A stretch of DNA of 64,000 nucleotides from a virus: IMG/VR virus record IMGVR_UViG_3300010413_000021, positions 6,649-70,648 of that record. One strand, written 5' to 3'. Below, one piece after another: positions 46,274 through 56,264 of the stretch. The position numbers were made by a program, and so were the translations under genes. The notes under the pieces were generated by a model. That model did no database searches. It saw only the letters and a program-made list of their open reading frames with translations, and had not been told where the DNA came from. The first letter of the stretch is position 1. Each line of letters opens with the position of its first letter.

Positions 46274-46413
46274 TGGATAAAAAACTAACATCAGCTATTG
46301 TGGGGCTTGCTGCTCTTGGTATCTTGATATACACAAAAGGGGACAAAATTAAAGACACCATCAAGAAAACAATCAAAGATTTAACACAAAAAGAGGAGGG
46401 AATAAAAGAATGA
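46273..46413 (+). CDS. Small single-TM protein
   Basis: MDKKLTSAIVGLAALGILIYTKG...; TAATG overlap. Confidence 0.5.
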   Translation: MDKKLTSAIVGLAALGILIYTKGDKIKDTIKKTIKDLTQKEEGIKE

Positions 46414-47855
46414 AACTTTTGAGAAACGGGACTTTTCTATTGTTAGTATTCTTTACTGTTATGCTTTATGTTTTGCTTGCTGCTGCCGGGTGCAGTCTGT
46501 TTGACAAGGAACCGGCACCACCACCGGCAAATCCAGAGAGCATTATCAGCGGCAGAGTAATTGTCAAAATGCAGGGGCAAACTACGCAATTGCGGGGTGT
46601 AACTGTCAAGTATCAAGGGTATGAAACACAAACCAATGCTGAGGGCCGGTTTGCTTTAACTGTTATTTTTAACATGAATCATAAATACATCCGGCTGATT
46701 AAGGACGGATACAAAAATAGAACGGTTGATCTGCCGGGGGATTGGACAGGCGGCAATGTTGAACTGAATAAGATAGAAATGCAAGTAGTTGACTCAGGAG
46801 AGTTGCCGGACCCGCCGGACGAGCCTGACCCACCGGACGATCCGGAAGATCCGGACCCGCCGCCGCCGAACGACTTTGATTTTGATTCGTGCGTGTTGCG
46901 CGGGTTCTCTGATAGTTACTCGTTTTGGTTCAGCGAAGATAAATTCCGTGGCATGTGCCAGGAAGTCCGTGCAACCGGGGCGAATTGCATAGCTCCGTTG
47001 CCCGACGCTTCCTGGGGTTACTCCAGCGCCCGAAAGGGCTGTGGCGGTTGGGTGTCGGACCAGGAGTGGTGGCAGTATATGCACAACACCTGGGACGACG
47101 GCGGCGGCCCGTTTCAGCCATACAACAGTCAATTCGCCATCTACGAACCGATTTATACGGACGGCGGGTTAAACCAAGCATGGGTTAACCTGATTTCCGC
47201 CCGGGTGCGAATCGCGGAAGAGGAAGGTCTGTATGTTGTCCTTACGCTTTGGAATGCCAACGATACCAAGCGGCACGGACTCCAGCACTGGGTTCCGCTT
47301 AATTGTGGGGAGTCGCCTTTCCTTGGTTCTGCGGCCTGGAGCAAACAGCAACAGGCCATGGCCGCACTTCTGCCAATGTTGAAGGATCGAAAGAATGTAA
47401 TTCTGTCCGACAACTGGGAATCACTCCAGAACCGATATGGTGGGTCGAGTATTGACCTAGAGTGGAAAAAGCTGGTGTATGCCGAGGCTAGAAAACACCT
47501 GCCAGATGTGCCGTATTACGTTTACATCGACAATTACACAAGCGGTGACGTTACCGGCTGGATCAACTCTACGCCGGGCATTGCCGGGGCGCATTTCCAC
47601 TATTCCGACATCATGGCCTTTCCTATTGCCAGTAATAAGCGGGTTCTGCTCACGGAAAAGAGCAATCTCAGTATGGGTGTGATCGTTCCCACTTTTGAGG
47701 AGGGTGATCATAACGGTTGGGATGTTTGTATCTTGGTCATGGGGTATAGGCACTTTATGAGATATGATGACGCCCCGCCCTGGCCGAAAGATATTCAAAA
47801 GGACGAGCGGGAAGCTGCTTACCCGAAGATTCAGGAATATTTTGGATTAAACTGA
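46410..47855 (+). CDS. Lipoprotein with beta-sandwich, Pro/Asp linker and putative glycoside-hydrolase-like barrel
   Basis: Signal peptide with AAG-C lipobox; ISGRV..QTNAEGRF; PDPPDEPDPPDD linker; AEEEGLYVVLTLW, NWE, FHY and LLTE recall clan GH-A. Confidence 0.6.
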   Translation: MKLLRNGTFLLLVFFTVMLYVLLAAAGCSLFDKEPAPPPANPESIISGRVIVKMQGQTTQLRGVTVKYQGYETQTNAEGRFALTVIFNMNHKYIRLIKDGYKNRTVDLPGDWTGGNVELNKIEMQVVDSGELPDPPDEPDPPDDPEDPDPPPPNDFDFDSCVLRGFSDSYSFWFSEDKFRGMCQEVRATGANCIAPLPDASWGYSSARKGCGGWVSDQEWWQYMHNTWDDGGGPFQPYNSQFAIYEPIYTDGGLNQAWVNLISARVRIAEEEGLYVVLTLWNANDTKRHGLQHWVPLNCGESPFLGSAAWSKQQQAMAALLPMLKDRKNVILSDNWESLQNRYGGSSIDLEWKKLVYAEARKHLPDVPYYVYIDNYTSGDVTGWINSTPGIAGAHFHYSDIMAFPIASNKRVLLTEKSNLSMGVIVPTFEEGDHNGWDVCILVMGYRHFMRYDDAPPWPKDIQKDEREAAYPKIQEYFGLN

Positions 47856-48076
47856 TGAAAGCCAAACTTACATTTGATCTGCCGGAAGAGCAATCAGAAT
47901 TTAACTTGACCATCAAAGCCAGAGAGTGGTTTTGTGTTTTGTTTGATGTGGACCAGAAATTGCGTAGCTACCTGAAACACGGCCACCACTTTACTGAGGT
48001 TGATGAAGCCTTGCAGGAGGTGCGGGATTATCTTTATCAACAAATGGCAGATTATGGAATAAACTTTGATGATTAA
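47855..48076 (+). CDS. Conserved phage hypothetical protein
   Basis: MKAKLTFDLPEEQSEF...DQKLRSYLKH. Confidence 0.7.
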   Translation: MKAKLTFDLPEEQSEFNLTIKAREWFCVLFDVDQKLRSYLKHGHHFTEVDEALQEVRDYLYQQMADYGINFDD

Positions 48077-48980
48077 ATCCCTGTCCATTTCCAATTTTCA
48101 GAGCCACAAAAAAACCACACTTGACTTCCATGAAGGTGTGAATGTAATAGTTGGCCCCAGCGACTGCGGCAAAACCGCTATCTTGCGGGCGTTGAATTGG
48201 CTGGTGAACAACCGCCCGGCAGGGGATGAGTTTAAAAGTAGGTGGGGTGGTGAGACTGCTATTGGGTTGTGGTGTGATAAAATAGGAATAACAAGAATAA
48301 AGGACAAGAAAAATCTTTATTATGTCACCAATGAAAAGGAACAGACCACCAGTTTTACTGCCTTCGGCCAGGACGTCCCACAGGAAATATCCGAAGCCCT
48401 GAACATGGACGAGATTAATTTACAAAAGCAGCATGACGCCCCGTTCCTGCTGAGTGAATCACCGGCAGAAGTAGCGCGGAAGCTGAACAAGGTTGCCAGT
48501 CTGGAATCCATTGACACGGCAAACAAAAACATAGCTGGCATCATACGCAAACTGCAACAGGATGAAAAAGCGGAGTCGGCCCGCCTAGCTAACCTGAAGC
48601 TGGACATGGAAGGGTATGCCCATATCGAGCAGATGGAGCAGGACGTCATGGGCTTGGAGCGTCTGCAAAGCAAAGCAGACAGGCTCCGCATTGATGAAAG
48701 TAAGTTATCAGGGTTGATAAGTAAATACAATGAAATTGAGCAGCAGCTTGAGGAGACAAAGGACACAGCAGACCTGGAGCAGCGGGCTGATGAGTTGCTT
48801 GGTTTGATTGAGCAGAGGAAAGGTGTAGAAAAAGAATTGATAAGATTGCAACAATTCCTTGTCTGCATCAACGATATTGAAATAAAAGTAAATGATTATA
48901 CTAGAGAAGCCAATAGGAAACAAAAACAGTTTGATGAATTGATGCCGGAGGTTTGCCCTCTGTGCGGGAGAGGAGATTAA
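48066..48980 (+). CDS. sbcC: SbcC/Rad50 ATPase, N-terminal half
   Basis: NFQSH, Walker A GPSDCGKT, Q-loop and coiled coil, ending in the CPLC zinc hook. Confidence 0.85.
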   Translation: MMIKSLSISNFQSHKKTTLDFHEGVNVIVGPSDCGKTAILRALNWLVNNRPAGDEFKSRWGGETAIGLWCDKIGITRIKDKKNLYYVTNEKEQTTSFTAFGQDVPQEISEALNMDEINLQKQHDAPFLLSESPAEVARKLNKVASLESIDTANKNIAGIIRKLQQDEKAESARLANLKLDMEGYAHIEQMEQDVMGLERLQSKADRLRIDESKLSGLISKYNEIEQQLEETKDTADLEQRADELLGLIEQRKGVEKELIRLQQFLVCINDIEIKVNDYTREANRKQKQFDELMPEVCPLCGRGD

Positions 48981-48983
48981 AAA

Positions 48984-49166
48984 ATGAATATTTGGCCCTG
49001 TTTTGTATATTTGCTTTTAGTCTGTTTTGGTTTAGGCCTATCAATAGCGGATCATGGTGAACCCCATAGAAAACAAAAGCAATCTTGTTGGTCAGGAATT
49101 ATAGGACAGATAATAGTATTGTCTATTCTCTATTGGGGCGGGTTTTTTAATCCGTTATTCCAATGA
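48984..49166 (+). CDS. Small membrane protein (2 TM)
   Basis: Two hydrophobic helices; LYWGGFF. Confidence 0.6.
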   Translation: MNIWPCFVYLLLVCFGLGLSIADHGEPHRKQKQSCWSGIIGQIIVLSILYWGGFFNPLFQ

Positions 49167-50038
49167 CTAAAGTAGATGCAATCCTCACCGCAGACTGGCA
49201 TCTCAGGGAGGATGTGCCGGTCTGCCGGACTGATGATTATTGGGTAGCACAGGAAAAGAAAGTTGATTTTATTTTTGACTTGGCAGCAGAGCATGGTTGC
49301 CCTGTCTGGATTGCTGGTGATATGTTCAACCGCGCCAAACCTCCATTAAAGCTGGTTAATTTCTTTGTTCGCAAGCTGGGTGACTCAGGAGTTGATATAG
49401 TAATAGTTCCCGGCCAACATGATCTGCCACAACACAACATGAGTCTGATTAATCACTCCGCACTGGGCACCCTGCATGAAGCTAGGATTATCAACACGAC
49501 AGGACATGAAATAATATCAATGTTTGCATGGGGTGAGGAACTAAGACCAAACGAAGCAAAAGTAGCCCTTGCCCATACCCTCTGTTACAAGGGCCGACCG
49601 CCCTGGCCCGGCGCACCGGCAAGCGGCAACGCCTCAGCCATAATGGAAAAGCTGCAAGGGTATGACTTAGTAGTAACAGGGGACAATCATAAGCCGTTTA
49701 CTTACCGTCACCATGACGGGAGGTTGCTAGTCAACCCCGGCAGCATAATGAGGATGACAATAGCACAGGAAAAGCACCGGCCACGGGTTTACTTGTGGAA
49801 CGCTGAGGAAAACGAAGTTGAAGCTGTCTTTTTGCCTATAGAAAAGGATGTGATTACCAAGGAACACATTGAGAGCAAGGAACAGCGAGACGAGCGGATG
49901 GAAGCATTTATTGAAAGGATAGACACGGAATACACCAAGGGGCTTTCATTCGAGGACAACCTGGAGCAATACTTTGCAACTAACAATACCCGCAAGGGGG
50001 TGGAGGAAATGGTATGGAAAGCGATGGAAACAAAATAA
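49163..50038 (+). CDS. sbcD: SbcD/Mre11 nuclease
   Basis: ADWH, AGDMF, PGQHD, GDNH and NPGS motifs. Confidence 0.9.
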   Translation: MTKVDAILTADWHLREDVPVCRTDDYWVAQEKKVDFIFDLAAEHGCPVWIAGDMFNRAKPPLKLVNFFVRKLGDSGVDIVIVPGQHDLPQHNMSLINHSALGTLHEARIINTTGHEIISMFAWGEELRPNEAKVALAHTLCYKGRPPWPGAPASGNASAIMEKLQGYDLVVTGDNHKPFTYRHHDGRLLVNPGSIMRMTIAQEKHRPRVYLWNAEENEVEAVFLPIEKDVITKEHIESKEQRDERMEAFIERIDTEYTKGLSFEDNLEQYFATNNTRKGVEEMVWKAMETK

Positions 50039-50295
50039 TTGATAAAATAGCACATGCTTCTATCTGGTTTGTATTGGGGCTTTCCCTGTCTCTTGTTGTG
50101 TTTTTAAATCATAATGAAAAGCTAGAAGCACAAATTCAAGATAGACAATATTTGACCCAAAACCTGCTCAACCAAAACAACCGCCTACGCTGGCAACTTG
50201 AACGGGATATAGAAATCATTATGGACACAGAGGAAAAACGAGAAATGATCCGGCAGAAGTTTATCAAGCTGGTGGAGGGGAGGACTTATCCGTGA
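50014..50295 (+). CDS. Single-TM coiled-coil protein
   Basis: Hydrophobic N-terminal helix followed by a coiled coil. Confidence 0.5.
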   Translation: MESDGNKIIDKIAHASIWFVLGLSLSLVVFLNHNEKLEAQIQDRQYLTQNLLNQNNRLRWQLERDIEIIMDTEEKREMIRQKFIKLVEGRTYP

Positions 50296-50534
50296 GTTTA
50301 GAACAAAAACTACTGAACCTGAAACGAGAGATAGCTGAGGACAAGGAAGCGGCCCAGCGGTTGCAGGGGCAGCTAGATCAAATCCATCAGCAGATCAAAA
50401 CAGAGTTTAAGTGCGGGACGGTGAAGGCAGCACAGACCCATTTGGAACTGTTGAATATGCAACTTAAAGAGGCTGAGTGGGAAATTGAGCGCAAGAAAGC
50501 AAAACTGGATGAGGAGTATGAGTGGGAGGGATAG
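50292..50534 (+). CDS. Small coiled-coil protein
   Basis: Heptad-rich, 80 aa. Confidence 0.6.
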   Translation: MSLEQKLLNLKREIAEDKEAAQRLQGQLDQIHQQIKTEFKCGTVKAAQTHLELLNMQLKEAEWEIERKKAKLDEEYEWEG

Positions 50535-50536
50535 AA

Positions 50537-50794
50537 ATGAGTTTATTTTGGGAAGACCCATACCAGTTTGAAATTGTAACTTTGCCAAATACTAAAATTT
50601 ATCGAATACGTTATAGACAAAAGAACAAATTACTTGGGTTTACAGAAGAAAACTATCTTATTAAACATAATCCGAATGAGCTTTGCAAACTTACTAGACG
50701 AACATCTTCCTGCAATTTTGCTGCTGAATTTAGTTCAAAAGAAGAAGCACAAAAAGCTCTTGATGATTTTAAAAGCGGGTGGGTCAGGGCATAA
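50537..50794 (+). CDS. Hypothetical protein
   Basis: GGAGG RBS before ATG 50537. Confidence 0.5.
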   Translation: MSLFWEDPYQFEIVTLPNTKIYRIRYRQKNKLLGFTEENYLIKHNPNELCKLTRRTSSCNFAAEFSSKEEAQKALDDFKSGWVRA

Positions 50795-51396
50795 TGACTA
50801 ACTACCGCCACAAACTTGAGCAGCTAAAAGGCCAGCGGGCACGGCTGGAGCAGGACATTGACTCCACTGAGAAAAAGCTGAAGCAGATAGGCATAGAGCG
50901 GAAGGATGCAGACCAGGCACAACTAATCATTCAAACCGTAGCGCAACAGACACAGGAGCAGCTTGAATATCATGTCTCTGAAATTGTATCGCTCGCCCTC
51001 AGTGCGGTGTTTGACACTCCTTACCAGTTCTGTCTGGAATTTAACACCCGGAGAGGTAAAACAGAAGCAGACCTTTTATTTAAGAAGCGGGATAAAATGT
51101 CAAGCCCAATGGATTCTGCGGGGGGAGGGGCAGTGGACATTGCAGCATTTTCACTCCGCGTGGCCTTATGGTCTTTACGACAACCAAATCGCAGAAATGT
51201 CCTTTGTTTAGATGAACCGTTTTCTTTCCTCAGTCGTGACTTACAACCCCGAGCAAGCGCAATGCTCAAGGAGGTGAGCGAAAAGCTGAAACTACAAATA
51301 ATAATGGTGAGTCATTCTGAGGACTTGATTGAATCGGCAGACAGGACTTTTCAGGTAAAAATGAGGAAAGGGATCAGTGAGGTGAAGAGGGTATGA
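50794..51396 (+). CDS. sbcC: SbcC/Rad50 ATPase, C-terminal half
   Basis: Coiled coil, signature SAGGG, Walker B LCLDEP and H-loop MVSH. Confidence 0.85.
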   Translation: MTNYRHKLEQLKGQRARLEQDIDSTEKKLKQIGIERKDADQAQLIIQTVAQQTQEQLEYHVSEIVSLALSAVFDTPYQFCLEFNTRRGKTEADLLFKKRDKMSSPMDSAGGGAVDIAAFSLRVALWSLRQPNRRNVLCLDEPFSFLSRDLQPRASAMLKEVSEKLKLQIIMVSHSEDLIESADRTFQVKMRKGISEVKRV

Positions 51397-51551
51397 TTGA
51401 TTCACTTATTAATTCATTTGAAAAAGCAGATCCAATAATAATTGTAATTTGTTCAATCCCGGTTGGGATAGCATTGGGATTGCTTTTAATAAATTTAGTA
51501 AAGTTGATCTTTTGTCTATTTGTTATTTTATTTGAAAGGATAACAGGATGA
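51393..51551 (+). CDS. Small membrane protein (52 aa)
   Basis: MIDSLINSFEKADPIIIVICSIPVGIALGLLLINLVKLIFCLFVILFERITG; ATGA overlaps on both sides. Confidence 0.55.
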   Translation: MIDSLINSFEKADPIIIVICSIPVGIALGLLLINLVKLIFCLFVILFERITG

Positions 51552-52333
51552 AAACAGTAGCAATCATTCTCTGTCGTATGGCCTCAAGCCGATTGCCGGG
51601 CAAGGCACTTTTGCCGTTAGCAGGCAAGCCAAGTTTGCAATGGTGCTATGAGCGGGTGTCAGCGGCAAAGGAAGTGGATGAGGTTGTCATTGCCACAACA
51701 TTGAATGAATCTAATAACGCCCTTCGCATGGTTTGTGAGGAGAATCAATGGACATGCTTTAACTACCCGCAGGATGAAAATGATTGTTTGGGCCGGGTGT
51801 ATAACTGTGCTGTTACCTGTCAAGCAGACATAATAGTTGACATCACCGCCGACTGCCCGCTGGTCGATCCCCGGCATATTGACCATCTGGTTAAACTGCT
51901 CAAGGATACCGGCTATGATTATGTCAGTAATGATATAATCAGCAGGTCATGGTGTGACGGTGCCGATTTACAAATTTACACCATGAATGCTTTGAATCGA
52001 ATCTGTGCTGCTCCATATTCAATGATTAATAAAGAGCATACCGGCTGGAATATTGCAGCACACGGACATGAATTTGCACCAGCCATGAAAATATATCACT
52101 TAGTAGCACCAGAGACAATGAACTGGCCGGAATTGTCCCTTTCGTTAGACTGTGCAGAAGATTGGAAATTCCTTGAAAAGCTGATGCTGGATGCTGGTGT
52201 AGACAGAGACAAAAGACACAATATTGATACTACACTTGAAGATATAATTCAATTTCTAAAACACAGATTGATAGATGAACCCGGCTATATTACTAATCAG
52301 GGTATTCACCGAAAATGGAGAGATGCAAAATGA
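51548..52333 (+). CDS. Nonulosonate cytidylyltransferase (SpsF/PseF/NeuA superfamily)
   Basis: CRMASSRLPGKALL, VVIATT, ITADCPLVDP, EH and SLDCAED motifs. Confidence 0.88.
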   Translation: MKTVAIILCRMASSRLPGKALLPLAGKPSLQWCYERVSAAKEVDEVVIATTLNESNNALRMVCEENQWTCFNYPQDENDCLGRVYNCAVTCQADIIVDITADCPLVDPRHIDHLVKLLKDTGYDYVSNDIISRSWCDGADLQIYTMNALNRICAAPYSMINKEHTGWNIAAHGHEFAPAMKIYHLVAPETMNWPELSLSLDCAEDWKFLEKLMLDAGVDRDKRHNIDTTLEDIIQFLKHRLIDEPGYITNQGIHRKWRDAK

Positions 52334-52935
52334 AATTGATAAGGAAAACAGTAGTGAAAGTTAGTTCTACAGGAAAGAGCAAATCTAGCTATGGGTTGTT
52401 CTACTGTGATTATTGCAAACAAGAGGTTGAAAGAAAACTGAATCATGGAAAAGAAAATAAATCTTGTGGTTGTATGAGAACCAAACACAACATCAAACAT
52501 GGACTAACACCAAAACACCAAAAACAAGCCCCTATATATCAGATATGGGCAGGAATGAAAGCCCGCTGCCGAGATAAAAATCATAGCGGTTATCATAGTT
52601 ATGGTGGTCGTGGTATTAAAGTTTGCAAAGAATGGGATGAGGATTTCTGCTCCTTTTGGGAGTGGTCAAAGAAAAATGGTTATAGAAAAGGGCTAACCAT
52701 TGACCGAATTGACAATGATGGAAATTATGAACCTGATAATTGCAGATTTGTTACTCATCGAGAAAACTACTGTAATTGTAGTCGTGTCAAACTTAGTTTT
52801 GAGAAAGCAGAAAAAATAAGAAAACTATATGTTACTGGCAACTTTCGACAAAAAGACTTAGCCAAAAAATATAACGTTCCACAAACATCTATTAGCAGAG
52901 TTGTCCTAAATAAAGTATGGAGTCAGCCATTATGA
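52330..52935 (+). CDS. HNH-type homing endonuclease
   Basis: KSCGC, WAGMKARC, YGGRGIKVCKEW, TIDRIDNDGNYEPDNCR and a C-terminal HTH. Confidence 0.88.
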   Translation: MKLIRKTVVKVSSTGKSKSSYGLFYCDYCKQEVERKLNHGKENKSCGCMRTKHNIKHGLTPKHQKQAPIYQIWAGMKARCRDKNHSGYHSYGGRGIKVCKEWDEDFCSFWEWSKKNGYRKGLTIDRIDNDGNYEPDNCRFVTHRENYCNCSRVKLSFEKAEKIRKLYVTGNFRQKDLAKKYNVPQTSISRVVLNKVWSQPL

Positions 52936-53516
52936 TCCAAGGTGAAAAAGTATATCTGTCAGCGGTTGAGCCTGAGAACTGGGAAACTTTACGGGCTTGG
53001 AGAAACCTGCCGGAGCTGCGGGCAAACTTCAGGGAATATCGTGAACTGACAAAGGGGATGCAGGAGCAGTATTGGCGGGCGGTGGAGCAGGACAGGACGC
53101 AGGTTCATTTTGAGGTTCATACTGAAAAAGCACACAGGCAATCAGTTATAGACGATAAAACAGGCAAAATAATAAAACCAAGTCACATTGCTTATAACGA
53201 ACTAATCGGCTACTGTGGCTTGACTCACATCTCATGGACTAACAGGAGCGGAGAGTTTGGCTTGTATATTGCGCCGGAGTTCCAGGGCAACGGCTACGGC
53301 TGGGATGCCTTGACTACGCTTGTCAAGTATGGGTTTGAGGAATTGAACCTGCATCGGATCTGGTGTGAATGTTACAGCAACAATGATCATGCAGTAGGGA
53401 TGTATGCCACGATGGGTTTCCGGTCTGAGGGGATATTGAAGCAGCATTATTATCATGCCGGACAGTATTGGGATTCAGTTATTATGGGGTTGCTGAAAGA
53501 GGAGTGGGAGGGATAG
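52932..53516 (+). CDS. GNAT N-acyltransferase (PseH/RimJ-like)
   Basis: LRAWRN, IGYCGL, FQGNGYG, LNLHRIWCE and GFRSEG motifs. Confidence 0.85.
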   Translation: MIQGEKVYLSAVEPENWETLRAWRNLPELRANFREYRELTKGMQEQYWRAVEQDRTQVHFEVHTEKAHRQSVIDDKTGKIIKPSHIAYNELIGYCGLTHISWTNRSGEFGLYIAPEFQGNGYGWDALTTLVKYGFEELNLHRIWCECYSNNDHAVGMYATMGFRSEGILKQHYYHAGQYWDSVIMGLLKEEWEG

Positions 53517-54539
53517 ATGACTAAAAAACTACGTGCTGTAATTATTGGATCAGGGAACATTGGAGCAAATAAACCAGATCATATAGACAGGCCAGATGGA
53601 CCAAACATCCTAACACATGCTCATGGATATCAAGCAAATCCCCAAACTGAGTTAGTAGGATTTGTTGACATTGATTTTGATAAACTGTCGATGGCTACTT
53701 ATAAATGGGGTAGAAACATTCCAATACTTCATGGCAAAAACATGAATCAGGTTTTAGACAAAATGAAACCTGATATTATTACTATTTCTGCTTGCACTAG
53801 TGTCCAGCTTCAGGTTATTGAAGAATTGCTTAAAGGCAAAGGCCCACGTCCTAAAGTAATTCTGCATGAAAAACCAATGGGCATGAATACTACAGAAGCA
53901 AAAAAGATTGCCACTATCTGCAAAAAAGAGAATATCATTATTACTGTAAATTATACCCGCCGCTATGATCCTGACCATCGAAATATAGCACAGAAATTGA
54001 AGGGAAAACAAATCTACCATAGCAGACTGGTATATGGTCGAGGACTTCGGCGTGATGGTTGCCATGCTGTTGATCTTGCTCATTGGTTATTTGGCAAACG
54101 ATTAAACACAAAAGCAACTGATCCATTGAAAGCAGAGCATCATGGGGAAGTAACGCCCTGTATTTCTCAGACATTAGCATTTGAGCATTGCCCCCGTGTT
54201 TCCTTTGAATGGATAGATTCAAACCATTTCAGCATATTTGAATATGATCTATTCTATGAAGGTGGGCATATTCGTTTTTACAGAAATGGTATGATGTATG
54301 AAGAGGGGGAAGTAAAAGCAGAAGATGAACTCGGAAAATATAAAGCTCTTTATCCTGATCCTGAAGCACCACGAAATACAAGCCTAGTTCCATTTCTGAT
54401 TGCTCGTCCGATAGAACATGCAATTAGACTTGCCCAAGGAAAAGAAACAAAGCCTTATTGCTCTGCTGAAGATGCAGTCCGTGTTCATGAAACAATGGAA
54501 TTTATGTTAGGGGATAAAGGAGAATTTAACTATGCCTAA
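53517..54539 (+). CDS. Gfo/Idh/MocA family oxidoreductase
   Basis: IIGSGNIG, EKPM, VNYTRRY and GCHAVDL motifs. Confidence 0.88.
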   Translation: MTKKLRAVIIGSGNIGANKPDHIDRPDGPNILTHAHGYQANPQTELVGFVDIDFDKLSMATYKWGRNIPILHGKNMNQVLDKMKPDIITISACTSVQLQVIEELLKGKGPRPKVILHEKPMGMNTTEAKKIATICKKENIIITVNYTRRYDPDHRNIAQKLKGKQIYHSRLVYGRGLRRDGCHAVDLAHWLFGKRLNTKATDPLKAEHHGEVTPCISQTLAFEHCPRVSFEWIDSNHFSIFEYDLFYEGGHIRFYRNGMMYEEGEVKAEDELGKYKALYPDPEAPRNTSLVPFLIARPIEHAIRLAQGKETKPYCSAEDAVRVHETMEFMLGDKGEFNYA

Positions 54540-55959
54540 ACTAGCAATCAACGGCGGCCCCAAAGTCAGAACCAGCTTACTCCCCAATCAACAGACGTGG
54601 GGATGGGATGAGGCTTCTGCTGCTTTTCAAGTTATTCGTAAAGGCCCACTCACCGGCTACCAAGGTAACTGGAGCGAGGCATTTTATGGCGGGCCGGAGA
54701 TTCGTGCGCTGGAAAAGGAGTGGTGTGAGAAGTTCGGCAGCCGCCATGCAATCTGTGTCAACTCCTGCACGTCCGGGCTGTTTGTGGCGTTGGGCGCGGT
54801 GTTGGGGCCATTGAAGGAAGTTGTGGGCTTGCCTTCACCAGGAGACCCTATTGATCAATGGTGGGCTAATGGTGAAGTCATAGTCTCACCCTACTCCATG
54901 ACCTGCTCTGCCTCACTTCCTTTAGCATGGGGGGCAAGGCCGGTGTTCGCTGACATTGAACGGGATCACTTTTGCATTGACCCGGTTGACGTTGAAAGGA
55001 AAATTACTGACAGAACCAAAGCTATACTTGCTGTCAGTTTGTTTGGGCAGCCGTATGATCCAAAGCTGAATGAGATTGCCGAGAAACACGGCATACCGAT
55101 TATTGAGGATGCGGCGCAGGCGTTGGGATCAAGAATTACAATTCCACATAGTGACCCTTATATTGATCCATCAGCAGAAAGCACAGTTCATTTTGCCGGG
55201 ACGCTCGGCACAATCGGTGTCTATTCATTCAACCAAGGCAAGCATATCACCTGCGGGGAAGGCGGGATGATTGTTACTGATGACGATGAATTGGCTCACC
55301 GTTGCAGATTATTAATGAACCACAGCGAGTCAGTTGTCCATGATTGGATTCAAGCCTGTAAACACCCTGAATCAGATCGTATTGGGGATTATGAAAAAAG
55401 AGTATTTGACAATACCGCAAATATGTATGGATTTAACTTGCGTCTCGGAGAAATGGCCGCTAGTGTGTTGCGCGTCCAACTAAGTAAGCTGGATGAAATG
55501 CTGAAATTGCGGTTGCAGAACGTTGAATATTTGCAGCAGGAGATCCCCAAAGTCTGCCCGGCGCTTGAGGCGTTAGGGCCGAGGGCGGGGGCAAGCCATA
55601 CTTACTATGTGTTGCCGTTTCGATATGATACAAGTCGGCGCACCCATATGAATGAAGATGAAACAACATACTATACTGCCCCTAACCGTAACCGCTTTAT
55701 TGAAGCCGTCTGTGCAGAACTAAGCCCCTGCGAAGGGCGTGAGCATGAAGGTGTGCCGATACGGGGCGGGTATATCACGCCTATCTACCGTATGCCTTTG
55801 TTTGATCTGCCGGAAGGAACCTGCCCGATGTGTGAGCAGGTGCAGAATGAGGAGCTGGTTTTGGTTCACAGATTGATCGGGCCGAACGCTGACCGGGAAA
55901 GTCTTGAGGATGTAGTTCGGGCGTTTGGGAAGGTGTGGGAGAATAGGGGAGAATTGTAA
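54532..55959 (+). CDS. DegT/DnrJ/EryC1/StrS sugar aminotransferase (PseC-like)
   Basis: NSCTSGL, PVFADI, EDAAQALG, SFNQGKHITCGEGG (PLP lysine) and GFNLR motifs. Confidence 0.93.
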   Translation: MPKLAINGGPKVRTSLLPNQQTWGWDEASAAFQVIRKGPLTGYQGNWSEAFYGGPEIRALEKEWCEKFGSRHAICVNSCTSGLFVALGAVLGPLKEVVGLPSPGDPIDQWWANGEVIVSPYSMTCSASLPLAWGARPVFADIERDHFCIDPVDVERKITDRTKAILAVSLFGQPYDPKLNEIAEKHGIPIIEDAAQALGSRITIPHSDPYIDPSAESTVHFAGTLGTIGVYSFNQGKHITCGEGGMIVTDDDELAHRCRLLMNHSESVVHDWIQACKHPESDRIGDYEKRVFDNTANMYGFNLRLGEMAASVLRVQLSKLDEMLKLRLQNVEYLQQEIPKVCPALEALGPRAGASHTYYVLPFRYDTSRRTHMNEDETTYYTAPNRNRFIEAVCAELSPCEGREHEGVPIRGGYITPIYRMPLFDLPEGTCPMCEQVQNEELVLVHRLIGPNADRESLEDVVRAFGKVWENRGEL

Positions 55960-55960
55960 A

Positions 55961-56251
55961 ATGAATTGGTTGCCATATCCACAAAATGAACCAGCAGATG
56001 AAGAGTGGGTTTTAACAGCAAAAGTAATCCGATATGGAAATGCACCCTGGAAGTGGCATATTAACTACGCCCAATATCGAAATCGAAATCGAAATGGAGG
56101 ATTTTTTTGTTCAGACAGTCTAGGATGGGGACGGATAGATGAGCCAGACTTTTTTGCTTCTGTTGATCTTCCAAAATTTATAATAAAACCAGTTCATCAA
56201 AAAGAGCAAAAAACATGCAAAATTGGATGCAGTTTTGGTGCTGACTTATAA
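55961..56251 (+). CDS. Hypothetical protein
   Basis: MNWLPYPQNEP...; GGAG RBS. Confidence 0.5.
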   Translation: MNWLPYPQNEPADEEWVLTAKVIRYGNAPWKWHINYAQYRNRNRNGGFFCSDSLGWGRIDEPDFFASVDLPKFIIKPVHQKEQKTCKIGCSFGADL

Positions 56252-56264
56252 AAAGGAAAACAAA

